Position numbers and translations under genes: made by a program. A stretch of DNA of 51,831 bases from a virus (lineage: Duplodnaviria > Caudoviricetes), in IMG/VR virus record IMGVR_UViG_3300007983_000342, positions 1-51,831 of that record; one strand, written 5' to 3'. Under the pieces are notes generated by a model. That model saw nothing but the letters and a program-made list of their open reading frames with translations. It was not told the origin of the DNA and did not search any database. How positions within the stretch are numbered: the first letter of the stretch is position 1; every line of letters starts with the position of its first letter. This document shows positions 1 through 9,700 of the stretch, piece by piece.

Positions 1-354
1 ATATCGTTCAGTATCGTCAATATGAAGGTCTATGTCGTGCTCAAGGCAGTAGTTCCCTTTGGTTCTGTCCCAAGTAAGAGTCTCCATCCATGGAGTATTC
101 TTGTCATCATACCAAACTTTGGTTCCTATCTCTTTATGGTAATCTGCAATAGAAAAAAGATGAGTCCATTCTATTCGGTACTGTTGTTTTAATTTATCCT
201 TAAGAACTTCGGTCATATGCGCTCCGGTAATTATATGTACCTCTCCTCCTTTTTCTAATACTCTTCTAGACAGCTCAGAAAAAAGAGAGGGGCAACAATC
301 AATCACCCCGTGTATATCTAACCCTAGTTTAAAATTTTCATAAGTATAAAACAT
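1..354 (-). CDS. HAD-superfamily hydrolase (3' end runs off the window)
   Basis: Not in ORF track; manual translation from ATG at 354: MFYTYENFKLGLDIHGVID...VHIITGA...TKGNYC...IDLHIDDTERY. HAD motifs I (DxxGV), II (ITG), III (K) and IV (IDD) are present; the frame is open to base 1. Confidence 0.7.
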   Translation of the reverse strand, partial: MFYTYENFKLGLDIHGVIDCCPSLFSELSRRVLEKGGEVHIITGAHMTEVLKDKLKQQYRIEWTHLFSIADYHKEIGTKVWYDDKNTPWMETLTWDRTKGNYCLEHDIDLHIDDTERY

Positions 355-355
355 A

Positions 356-2104
356 TCACAGTTCTTTTATAGGGTCTGAGGCACTCACGCTATTAACCGC
401 TGCAGGAGAAAACTTATTAATTATAGGATACCTTCTTCCAAATCCAAATGCTTTCTTATGCATCTTAATACCAACCGCCGCTTGCCTACGTTTGAATTCA
501 TTATTTCGCAACATATAATAAATCTTTTCCAGGGACCACCCATGCTTAGATAGCGCTACGCCCAAATCTAGGCTTCTTTGCTCGCCCTCAATCAAACATC
601 TAAGAGCATTATCTAATATTGGGTAGGGAGGTAGACTGTCGGTGTCCATCTGCCCTGGCGCTAGCTCTGCCGATGGAGCTTTGTCCATTATACTATCAGG
701 CACTCCGAGATATTTACCTATAGCGTACACTTCCATTTTATAGCAGTCAGCTATAGGATTAATACCCCCGCACATGTCCCCGTATATAGTACAGTAACCT
801 ACAGACAACTCACTCTTGTTACCAGTCGATAATACAAGAGCATTTTCCCGGTTAGAGATAGCCATAAGTATTTGCCCACGGATTCGAGCCTGAACATTCT
901 GTTCCGTTACACCGCCAGACTCTACCTCACTATACTTCTCTCCAAACACCTTCATAAAGGCTTCAAACTGTTCCTTTATAGGGATATTAAGAAGTCCTAC
1001 ACCAAATTTATCACAAAGCTCCTGAGAATCATTGACGCTACCTTCCGATGAATACTGAGACGGCATAGTCACAGCTATAACATTTTCAGGCCCGATGGCT
1101 ATTGCAGCTATAGCCGTAGTCACGGCACTATCTATGCCGCCCGATTCTCCGATCACCACCTTTTTAAACCCGCTTTTCTTTATGTAGTCGTGTATCCCAA
1201 GTACTGCCTGCCTAGCGAAAAACTCTGCGTCCTCCTGAAGATAGAAACTCTCACACGAACGGTTTAAGTAGGCGTTCGACCTAGGAACCTCGTATTTATA
1301 CACGATAGGAGCCCCTAGCATAACCCCGCCAGGACTCTTAACAACACGTACAGACTTGGCGTCTTCTTCGAAGCTTGGTGAATGGTAAAGAACTCTACCT
1401 TTGTGCATAACAAAGCTATTACCATCAAACACAATATCGTCATTACCGCCTACCTGATTGACGTAGACTATCGGCATATTATACTTATCAGAAAAACCCT
1501 TTATAAGGTCGAGTCTTTGTTCATGCTTACCGACAATAGAGGGTGACGCATTTATACTTATCACAATTTCTGCGTTGTTCTGGTACAACTGCTCTACGGG
1601 GTTGACCCTGTACCTTTGAGTAGGCCACAGATCTTCGCAAATAGCGAAGCCTACACGAATACCGTACAGATTGAATACTGGTGATTTAGCACCGGGCTCG
1701 AAATATCTGTCTTCATCAAATATATCGTAGGTAGGTAGGAGTCTCTTATAATACTTAAAGATAATGTCTCCGCCACGACAGACTGCTAGAGCGTTACGAA
1801 GAGGTTTACCTATATCCTTATTCTCTTCAATAAAACCCACAACAAACGTTAAAGGTGACGCTGCTGTTTCTTTAAGGATATGGTTTAGGGCTTCTTCCTG
1901 TTCCCTGATAAACTCTTTACTGTCCAAAAGATCAAGAGGAGGATAGCCGCTTATACATAGCTCTGAAAAGACCATAACAGCTTCGCAGGTTAGCGAGTCT
2001 CTTTCATAGTACTTAGTTTTCTTGTGGACTGCCTCTATAATCTTATTAGCGTTTCCTACAAGGTCTCCTACAGTGTAATTTAACTGCGCAGTTATTATAT
2101 CCAC
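356..2104 (-). CDS. nadE: Glutamine-dependent NAD+ synthetase
   Basis: N-terminal nitrilase/glutaminase domain with E-K-C triad (FSELCISGY, YKRLLP, ICEDLW); C-terminal synthetase with SGGIDS PP-loop, NVQARIRG, TGNKSE, GYCTIYGD, PSAEL. Confidence 0.96.
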   Translation of the reverse strand: MDIITAQLNYTVGDLVGNANKIIEAVHKKTKYYERDSLTCEAVMVFSELCISGYPPLDLLDSKEFIREQEEALNHILKETAASPLTFVVGFIEENKDIGKPLRNALAVCRGGDIIFKYYKRLLPTYDIFDEDRYFEPGAKSPVFNLYGIRVGFAICEDLWPTQRYRVNPVEQLYQNNAEIVISINASPSIVGKHEQRLDLIKGFSDKYNMPIVYVNQVGGNDDIVFDGNSFVMHKGRVLYHSPSFEEDAKSVRVVKSPGGVMLGAPIVYKYEVPRSNAYLNRSCESFYLQEDAEFFARQAVLGIHDYIKKSGFKKVVIGESGGIDSAVTTAIAAIAIGPENVIAVTMPSQYSSEGSVNDSQELCDKFGVGLLNIPIKEQFEAFMKVFGEKYSEVESGGVTEQNVQARIRGQILMAISNRENALVLSTGNKSELSVGYCTIYGDMCGGINPIADCYKMEVYAIGKYLGVPDSIMDKAPSAELAPGQMDTDSLPPYPILDNALRCLIEGEQRSLDLGVALSKHGWSLEKIYYMLRNNEFKRRQAAVGIKMHKKAFGFGRRYPIINKFSPAAVNSVSASDPIKEL

Positions 2105-2113
2105 TACTACCTC

Positions 2114-3679
2114 TTATTTTTCTATAAGTTCAAAGTTATTAATCATTTTCTGCCGCAGGTTAAAAATCTTCTCGCTAAGGCTTACTTTAATCATGTGGGG
2201 GTTGTTAAGCCTTTTGTGCGTCCAGTGGAGTTTATCTGTCTCCTCCAGCACCTTATTTCTGACATCATCTACTGTCGGGTTATAGTCTACTGCCTTTCCA
2301 CTGTCATATACCTTGCTTTGACGAATATCGAACTCAAGACTTTGAAACTGCCTTAAATCTATTTTTTTACTGACATCGTCAGGATGACAGGCGTAACGTA
2401 AATCGTAGGGATCCTCATCCTTACCATGGATAAGACAACAAACTAAGTCACTTCCGTCCCAAACATAAGTCGAACGATTGTTCCCTGGGATGCTAGTCTT
2501 AATCTGATTATCTTTAGCTATCTTTATGACGGACTTAGTGCCTTCTGCTGTCTCAATACTACCGAGCTTTGCCACTCCGCCAAAGCTTGGCTGGTCGTAA
2601 CAAGTACCCGGTTTTGTTCCCGCTGCCCAAATCATTTTCTTAAGAATAAGCTCAGGATTTAGCCCAGCTTTAGGGGCGTGTGTAAAAACTTGACCCTTAA
2701 TCTCCTCTATAGCGTACTCGTCCAGATCGTTTGTCATAAAGAGCTTGAGCTCATTGATACCCGCAGCAATAAACAAACGAGTAGCCTCTATAGCGAGATA
2801 AGCAAGGTCTCCTGAGTCGAAGCGCACTCCAGGAACTCCTCCGGCTTCTTTTATCTGTTCTTTATACTTAAGAAAAGTCTTTATTGCATTCGGTACGCCC
2901 GACTTAAGGGTGTCTATTGTATCCACAAGGAGTACAGGCTTATCAGGGTTGTAGAGTACCCACTTATCAAACGCCTCATACTCATCTCCGAAGCTCTGGA
3001 TATATTCATGACCCATAGTCCCTACTACGGGGATATCTATTCCTTTACGTATTTCAGCGTTACTCGTTACAGTACACCCAGCAAGATGTGCATAAATGCT
3101 TGTCTCTAAGTTATTTTGCGCTCGACGACGGGCGAACTCAAGGGTCGCACCTGGATTAGCTGCCTGGCACACTCTATTCCATTTGGTCATCGAGAGAGAT
3201 GCGTAGTTAACCCCACGCATCATACCCTCAATAATACGAACACCTATAAGTTTACCCTCAGCTATAATTACTGGTTCGTTAGGAAGAATTACCGAACCCT
3301 CAGGCGGAGCGTATAGCTTAAGGTCGTTAAAAGGATCTTTAAATTTAAGATAGTCTATAAAGTCTTTGTCGTAACCTTGGTCTTTAAGAGCTTCTACAGC
3401 GTAGGTCTCGATACCAGGTATTGTAAAACTAAAGTTACTTATTTGATTGAGTAGGGCACACAAGCCCCCAAATAGGGCGTACGAACTGCCAAAAGGAGCT
3501 TTACGGTAGAAGTAGGTCTTAGACGCTTTAAGTTCGTGCCTACCTAGCTTAAAATCGGTTTGAGCCATACTCATAAAGTACCCGTCCCAAGGGCAAATCT
3601 CTTGAGGTACTACACGCGTGAGCCCGTCTCTTAGGTCTTTTGTAGGCTTATACTTCCCTAAGTCATACTGTTTGATCAT
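2114..3679 (-). CDS. pncB: Nicotinate phosphoribosyltransferase
   Basis: EFARRRAQ, GTMGH (phospho-His position), LLVDTID, GVRFDSGDL and TNDLDE are PncB-type motifs; NadV/Nampt motifs (DSYK, SIPAAEHS, IRPDSG) are absent. Confidence 0.88.
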   Translation of the reverse strand: MIKQYDLGKYKPTKDLRDGLTRVVPQEICPWDGYFMSMAQTDFKLGRHELKASKTYFYRKAPFGSSYALFGGLCALLNQISNFSFTIPGIETYAVEALKDQGYDKDFIDYLKFKDPFNDLKLYAPPEGSVILPNEPVIIAEGKLIGVRIIEGMMRGVNYASLSMTKWNRVCQAANPGATLEFARRRAQNNLETSIYAHLAGCTVTSNAEIRKGIDIPVVGTMGHEYIQSFGDEYEAFDKWVLYNPDKPVLLVDTIDTLKSGVPNAIKTFLKYKEQIKEAGGVPGVRFDSGDLAYLAIEATRLFIAAGINELKLFMTNDLDEYAIEEIKGQVFTHAPKAGLNPELILKKMIWAAGTKPGTCYDQPSFGGVAKLGSIETAEGTKSVIKIAKDNQIKTSIPGNNRSTYVWDGSDLVCCLIHGKDEDPYDLRYACHPDDVSKKIDLRQFQSLEFDIRQSKVYDSGKAVDYNPTVDDVRNKVLEETDKLHWTHKRLNNPHMIKVSLSEKIFNLRQKMINNFELIEK

Positions 3680-3688
3680 TACTATTCC

Positions 3689-4009
3689 TTACTCTAAAGG
3701 CTTTTTTGATATAGTTGCTTCGAGCAGTTCCCAGTGGGCTAGTTTCGCTTCTGGGTACTCTTTCTTTACCTCACCCATAAATTCTTTCTCTGGGTCAAAT
3801 ACTTGTTTGTCGGATTCCATCATAAAGGTTTTAAGAACTAATCCCTCAGACTGTTTTTTGAACTCATTGATATAAGAAAGTATCTTCTCTGCCTTATCAC
3901 CACTAAGCTTGTTCGCTACGGATTCAAAAAAATGAAAGGCCTTGTTCTTTCTCGCTAAATCGAACCCAGAGCGTGGCGGAATCCAACAATCGACTTTGTA
4001 GTAATACAT
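3689..4009 (-). CDS. Hypothetical protein upstream of pncB
   Basis: 106-aa ORF with a GGAGG RBS, 9 nt from the pncB start; no recognisable motif. Confidence 0.75.
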   Translation of the reverse strand: MYYYKVDCWIPPRSGFDLARKNKAFHFFESVANKLSGDKAEKILSYINEFKKQSEGLVLKTFMMESDKQVFDPEKEFMGEVKKEYPEAKLAHWELLEATISKKPLE

Positions 4010-4041
4010 ACCGCCTCCATTGTGTTTAATTAACCTATATC

Positions 4042-4050
4042 TAATATACT
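4042..4050 (-). promoter_or_regulatory. Putative early/middle promoter -10-like motif AGTATATTA
   Basis: Same 9-mer occurs at 5209-5217(-) and 30857-30865(+), each intergenic, preceded by T-tracts and oriented toward the next gene. Confidence 0.5.
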
Positions 4051-4084
4051 TTTTGGATAAGGATAATTAAACAAAATAGACAAC

Positions 4085-5185
4085 TTACCTTTTACTCAAA
4101 AAACCCTCTATTGCACGTATACACAAGTTATCTATCTTTTTAGAGTCAACTGTTTTAGGAAGGGTAGAGGTTTTATATATACTATCAAGCCTACTATCTA
4201 CGTCGTAAGCATACTCTTCTACTTTATCATAACTCCAAGCACCGTTACGTATATCTTTTAACTCTTCTGCGTCAATATTCGTGCGGTCTACATTTACTTT
4301 ACCTGTCTCTAGGATCTCTACACCCATTCGTAAAAGCCTTACTAAATGGCTGGCATGTTTCAGGTCAAAGCCGAACTTAGCCTCAACCTCTGCCCTTTTC
4401 TTATTTCTAGACTTCTTCCAGCTGTTAAACCTTTCCCAATCCCTTCGAGCGTGGTAAAAAGCTAACTCTTTTCGAGCTTCTTCATGATACTCATCCTTGA
4501 TGAAGTTTGTGCCGAGAGAAAGTATGGCTTTTGCTTGAGCTTTCACACCAGCCTGGATCCACTCCATACCCAGCTGTCTTTGATCTTCTTTCACAAACCT
4601 AAGAAAGAGAGGTATAACATAATCCCCATACACCTTGTCTATCTCATTAAAGAGGTTTGGTCTCTCTTCTTCTGCTACTAAATCTATTGCAGCGCTACAG
4701 ATAGCTTTAATCTGCGCTGAAGGGAACATAGGAACTTCAGATAACCCGTAATCTTCTCTTTTTGGAGCACTCTTAGGAGGGTTCAATAGATATTTCCTAT
4801 GAGTTTTTATCCTCTCAAGTTGTGCGACGGCATAGCGAGAAAATGTGTACCGGCATCTTTTCGACACAAAACAATCTCTATGGTCTATTATCTCTTGCCA
4901 ATATGGAGTAGTTTTTATAATACACCTTTCCGGCATAAACAGTAAATCCATCATATTAGGGTTATTATCCGATATTAACTTTAAAGCTTTTCTAATATCA
5001 TATATCGTCCGGTCAGTGTCCGGATCTTTGTACTGTTCGAACTTTCTAAAGCCGTAGAAGTACTCTATACTCGGAATCATTACTCCTGCTTTATCGTAGT
5101 CAGATTCTTCACGGTGTATACCGTAAGCCCGACTACCTACTATCGTTTCAAAAATTGTGTGGTTATCCACATAGTTTCTATCCAT
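4085..5185 (-). CDS. Pol-beta superfamily nucleotidyltransferase (RlaP/YcgL-like)
   Basis: IVGSRAYG...SDYD (GS + DxD), NNPNMMDLL, C-terminal KHASHLVRLL...IRNG typical of this family. Confidence 0.8.
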   Translation of the reverse strand: MDRNYVDNHTIFETIVGSRAYGIHREESDYDKAGVMIPSIEYFYGFRKFEQYKDPDTDRTIYDIRKALKLISDNNPNMMDLLFMPERCIIKTTPYWQEIIDHRDCFVSKRCRYTFSRYAVAQLERIKTHRKYLLNPPKSAPKREDYGLSEVPMFPSAQIKAICSAAIDLVAEEERPNLFNEIDKVYGDYVIPLFLRFVKEDQRQLGMEWIQAGVKAQAKAILSLGTNFIKDEYHEEARKELAFYHARRDWERFNSWKKSRNKKRAEVEAKFGFDLKHASHLVRLLRMGVEILETGKVNVDRTNIDAEELKDIRNGAWSYDKVEEYAYDVDSRLDSIYKTSTLPKTVDSKKIDNLCIRAIEGFLSKR

Positions 5186-5208
5186 ATGCCCTCCTCTATA
5201 GTTTTTTA

Positions 5209-5217
5209 TAATATACT
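5209..5217 (-). promoter_or_regulatory. Putative early/middle promoter -10-like motif AGTATATTA
   Basis: Identical to 4042-4050; about 25 nt upstream of the nucleotidyltransferase ATG. Confidence 0.5.
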
Positions 5218-5345
5218 TTTTCGTGACGCAGAAATAAAAAATGAAACAATACCGTTTATAATTTTGGGCATAATCTATTAAAATTCCACTTCAAAACATC
5301 AAACTCATCTATTATATTCAAACAGGTTTTCAGTGAAAATCCGAC

Positions 5346-5361
5346 TAATAATTCTTTAATA
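5346..5361 (+). promoter_or_regulatory. Putative late-promoter motif TAATAATTCTTTAATA
   Basis: Variant of a 16-bp motif found in several intergenic regions; lies upstream of dut-amidase-nrdJ. Confidence 0.45.
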
Positions 5362-5393
5362 TGCTTTTTAGGGTGATGGTGGTTCTATGAAAG

Positions 5394-5423
5394 GGGGTCT
5401 TTAAGCCGCCTAAAAAAGACCCC
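5394..5423. other. Stem-loop in the dut leader region
   Basis: GGGGTCTTT (5394-5402) pairs with AAAGACCCC (5415-5423). Confidence 0.5.
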
Positions 5424-5447
5424 TAATAAGCTAAAAGAGGTTTATAC

Positions 5448-6041
5448 ATGAAAAATAGTAAAAGAAATAACTATCCTAGCTATCGAGAGGTTTCTCAAAT
5501 GATATTAAATTGTAGTATAATATACAACCCTCCATTTTTGAAGGTTAAGAAGAATTATCCTGACGCTAAGCTGCCTGAAAGAAAAAACCCTACAGATTCA
5601 GGAGTAGACCTATTCGCACATAGTTTCAAAAAGTATTTTCATAGCGGCGATTCAGTCTTTGAGGGGGAGGGTATTAATGTACTCGAAGACGAAGAAGGAA
5701 AATACATAGAACTAACTGCTAACCAAAGAGTTCTTATCGATACAGGTATCTCAGCTACCGTAGGCCCGGGGTACGAGCTTCAGATACGCCCCCGCAGCGG
5801 TTTAGCTCTTAAACAAGGTTTAACTGTAGTTAACACTCCAGGTACAATAGACGAGTCTTATAGGGGCTCAATAATGGTTATTCTATCCAACATCGGTATC
5901 GGTCCTCAGAAAGTCTATTTAGAAAGCCGTATAGCTCAGATGGTAGTATGCCCTGTAGCTCTTTGTTCTGTTGAAGAGGTCCAAGACCTCAATAACACAG
6001 AAAGAGGAGAAGGCGGCTTCGGAAGTACCGGCACTAAATAG
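5448..6041 (+). CDS. dut: Trimeric dUTPase
   Basis: All five motifs: DSGVDL, IRPRSGLA, NTPGTIDESYRG, RIAQMV, RGEGGFGSTG. The true start may be the ATG at 5499. Confidence 0.96.
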   Translation: MKNSKRNNYPSYREVSQMILNCSIIYNPPFLKVKKNYPDAKLPERKNPTDSGVDLFAHSFKKYFHSGDSVFEGEGINVLEDEEGKYIELTANQRVLIDTGISATVGPGYELQIRPRSGLALKQGLTVVNTPGTIDESYRGSIMVILSNIGIGPQKVYLESRIAQMVVCPVALCSVEEVQDLNNTERGEGGFGSTGTK

Positions 6042-6050
6042 GAGATACTA

Positions 6051-6749
6051 ATGCGTAAAATATGGATACCCAGCCCGTTCTGCCATTCACGTAATACATC
6101 GCATCCTTTAGATATTATTGTTATTCACCATATAGGGTCTAATGACAATAAACTGTACAGCGTGAACGGTACCGTTACTTGGTTCACTAACAAAGAAATT
6201 CACAGGAACAAAAAAACAGGTAAGATAGAGAATAAAGTATCTGCTCACTACATAATACCCCGAGAGGAGTATAAAGAGCACGATGTTATACACCTAGTCG
6301 AAGATACTGATGTAGCTTATCACGCCGGTTACTCTCAATGGACTGTAGACGGTAAAACCAGGAAAAATTTAAATAAGTATTCTATTGGTATAGAGCTTGA
6401 AGGAGACGGTAATCTCGTTGAGTATACCGATTTCCAGTATGAGTACTTAATCGAGCTAACTAAAAAGTTAATGAATGACTATAATATCCCAGAAGATAAT
6501 ATTGTAGGACACGAAGATATCTCTCCTGGAAGAAAAGTAGATCCAGGAAAATCTTTTGACTGGAAAAGATTAAGGACTGGTGTTAATCCTCCTGTTATGG
6601 TAATGCCCCCAGTAGAAATCAAGTCAAGTACTCCCTCAGAGCCTGAAGTGGAGGATGAAGTAGTGATGGAAGGCGGAGAAGATAAAGTAGGGGCCCCAAA
6701 TAGCTTCATCTTTTTGCTGTCGAATTTATTGAAAAAATTTTTTAGCTAA
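6051..6749 (+). CDS. N-acetylmuramoyl-L-alanine amidase (Amidase_2/AmpD-like), probable endolysin
   Basis: IVIHH, SAHY, AYHAG, SIGIELEG, GHEDISPGRKVDPG; Pro/acidic linker followed by a terminal amphipathic segment FIFLLSNLLKKFFS. Confidence 0.92.
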   Translation: MRKIWIPSPFCHSRNTSHPLDIIVIHHIGSNDNKLYSVNGTVTWFTNKEIHRNKKTGKIENKVSAHYIIPREEYKEHDVIHLVEDTDVAYHAGYSQWTVDGKTRKNLNKYSIGIELEGDGNLVEYTDFQYEYLIELTKKLMNDYNIPEDNIVGHEDISPGRKVDPGKSFDWKRLRTGVNPPVMVMPPVEIKSSTPSEPEVEDEVVMEGGEDKVGAPNSFIFLLSNLLKKFFS

Positions 6750-6793
6750 TAACTTTTTTAAAAATAGTTTTCCTAAAGGAGAATGGTAGTATA

Positions 6794-9700
6794 ATGTTTA
6801 AGACACAGCTTGCTTTTGAGAACTGGATGAGTAAATATAGGTATCAAAACGAAGAACCTATCGATACTTTCAGAAGAGTGGCGAAGGCTCTCGCGGCAGT
6901 AGAGAAAAAAAAAGACAGAGAAATGTGGGAAGATAGGTTTCTTCGCACGTTGGTTAAGTTTAGTCAGGAGGGTATCCCTGTAGGCCTCAAAGCTACTACC
7001 GGGGGTCGTATAACAGCTAACATAGGTACTGGGTATAAACATGCGACCCTAATGAATTGCTTTATAAACGGCCCCGTATCAGGAGCTAAGATTAAATACT
7101 CAAGGAAAACCTTCGACAACAAGCTCTCTCACGACATAACTTACAATTCAGATGATAGTCCCGACGATTTAATAAACATATTCCTCACTCTTTTAGAACA
7201 AGCTAAAACTCTTGCTTCTGAAGGCGGGTATGGTATTAACTTTGATTTCATACGCCCTCGTGGAGCTCTAATAAAGGGCACTGGTATTTTTCATCCCGGT
7301 ATTGTTAGTTACATGAAGGTTTGGGATTCTGTGTCTGAGTGTATCGTTAAAGGCATACACGACGGATACACCGATAAGTTGAAGAATTATCTCGGTGAAG
7401 AAGACTTTGAAAAGTCTAAAGATGTAATCAAAGCTATGACCCGTAAGGGCGCTATGATGGGAGTTCTTCCTGTAAGCCATCCGGATATAGAAGAGTTCGT
7501 TAGAGCAAAGCAAACTTCTGGCGTCCTCACCAAATTTAATATCTCGGTGCTTATCGACGACAAATTTATGGAAGCAGTGATAAACGATACATTCTATGAT
7601 CTTACTTTTAAAGATAAAGTGTATAAAAGAGTCAAGGCTCGTGACCTTTATAATTTAATAATGGAATCTACCTACAACCGTGCTGAGCCTGGGGTTATCT
7701 TTGTCGACAATATGCACAGAAACAACCCTTTATCTTATTTAGGGAAAGCTAACGCGACTAATCCATGCTTTTCTAAAGACATGTACGTGTACTCAAAAAC
7801 AGGTGTTCATAAAATAGAAGATAATATAGGAAAACCTTTAGATATTCTGCAGGACTGTAGAGTAAAATTGATTGATCCAGAAAAAGAAATCTTTGAAGTT
7901 CTGCCTAAGGAATCTGGGTTTAGGTACACTCCCTCTCAGTCGGGGTTGGTTCTAACGAGAGAAAACGCAAAAACTATTAAAACTACTTTAAAGTCTCATT
8001 TTAAGCCTATAGTATCTACAGAAAATCATAGGTTTTTTACTAAAAAAGGGGCTGTCAAAGCTAAGGATCTTAGAGTAGGAGACGAAGTACTTATAACCTA
8101 TCAAGACTACCCTTCGATGGTTGAAACCCCTTTAGATGGTTTAGCGTTTTTGTTAGGCCTTATCGACGGAGACGGTGGTGTAGCTTCTTGTCCTGATAAG
8201 TATTGTGTGTTTTTAGATTTTTGGGGCGAAGATAGACATAATCTGGAGTCCCAGGTAAAACATATAATAGAGGGTCTCTATGACCTCTACGGGGAACATA
8301 TAAAGACTAAAAGAGAAAGAGACATATCCCCGTATTATGTGTCTTATATAAATAAAAGCAATAAAATTAGGATAGGGTCTTCGTTTTTATATCATCTTTT
8401 AAAGGATAAATTTAACTGGTCTGGTGAAAAGAGAGATATTCCTAAATTGTTTTTTAACACCTCGAGAACCAATAAATACGCTAAAAATTATATTGCAGGT
8501 TTATTCTACTCAGACGGGACGGTATCTATTACGCCCGGAAGAGTTAGTGCTAGGATATCTCAGAGCGATGAAACTTACTTAGAAGACATAGGGGTACTAC
8601 TATTCTCTCTCGGCATAGGTAGCTCGGTCTTAAAGAGAAGAAATAAACATAATAAGCGTATGCCAGACGGTAGAGGTGGTACAAGAGTATATGCCTGTAA
8701 AGAACAGTTTGAGCTTATAATCTATAAAACACACTTTGAGAGATTTTATAGAATAACTAAAGACCTGTTCCAAAATAAAAAAACAGAAATAATAAAAAAT
8801 AATATTAAGTGTAGAAACAAACGTAAAGAATACTTAAAAGTAAAATCAATAAAGGAACATACCACTCAAGATGTTTATTGTTTAAAAGAAGATAAATATA
8901 AAAATATGGTAGTGAACGGGTGCTCTGTAGCTAGGTGCGGCGAGATACCAGGACTTCCTACGCTTACTACTGTATGTTTATTAGGGTCCCTCAATCTTAC
9001 TCAGTATATAGTTATTAGTAATGGTAAGCCCGTTTTCGATTATGAATCTTTTAAAGCGGATGTTATTACTTTTTCTAGGATGCTGGATAATGTAAACGAT
9101 ATTACGTATAACTCTCTTCCTTCTTACGACTGGGCTACAAAGAACGTCCGCCAGTTCGGTATGGGATTGAATGGGTTGGGATCCTCACTTCTTATGCTTG
9201 GTGTACCTTATAACTCTAAAGAAGCTGTCGCGTTTGTTAAAGAGCTTTGCGATATCAAAGAAAACTTAACATGGCAAACATCCGCCAGACTTGCTGAGGA
9301 GAAAGGTACTTTCCCTGCGTATGATAAGAAGAAGTTTGAGAGTACAGAGTACTTTAAATCAGACCGCCTATGGCCTGAGACAAAGAAGCTGCTGCGTAAG
9401 CATGGAGCGCGTAACGGTAAAACTACTACTAATCCTCCTCTCGGTAATAGTTCTATCATTTGCGATGTAGTCTCAAACGGTATTGAACCGGTATTTATGC
9501 TTGAGTATGAAAGGAAGTCTATAGTTAAAAACTGGCCTGAGGGATTAGATGAGTCTAATATAAAATCTAAAATGAAATACTATAAGGAAAATGATTATGA
9601 GTATTGGCGCGGTGAGTATGGTGACAGGGAGTATTACTACGAACCTCATAATAGAGGCCTCTGTGAAGTAACGGCGGTTAGAGATTATGGCTATCAGTGG

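Noticed and set aside
5163-5171. Perfect DnaA box TTATCCACA
   Set aside because: Single copy inside a coding sequence; no cluster noticed.
8933-8935. AGG codon reassignment as an explanation for the intein terminal Arg
   Set aside because: AGG encodes a conserved Arg elsewhere (dUTPase YRG = TAT AGG GGC), so it is read as Arg.
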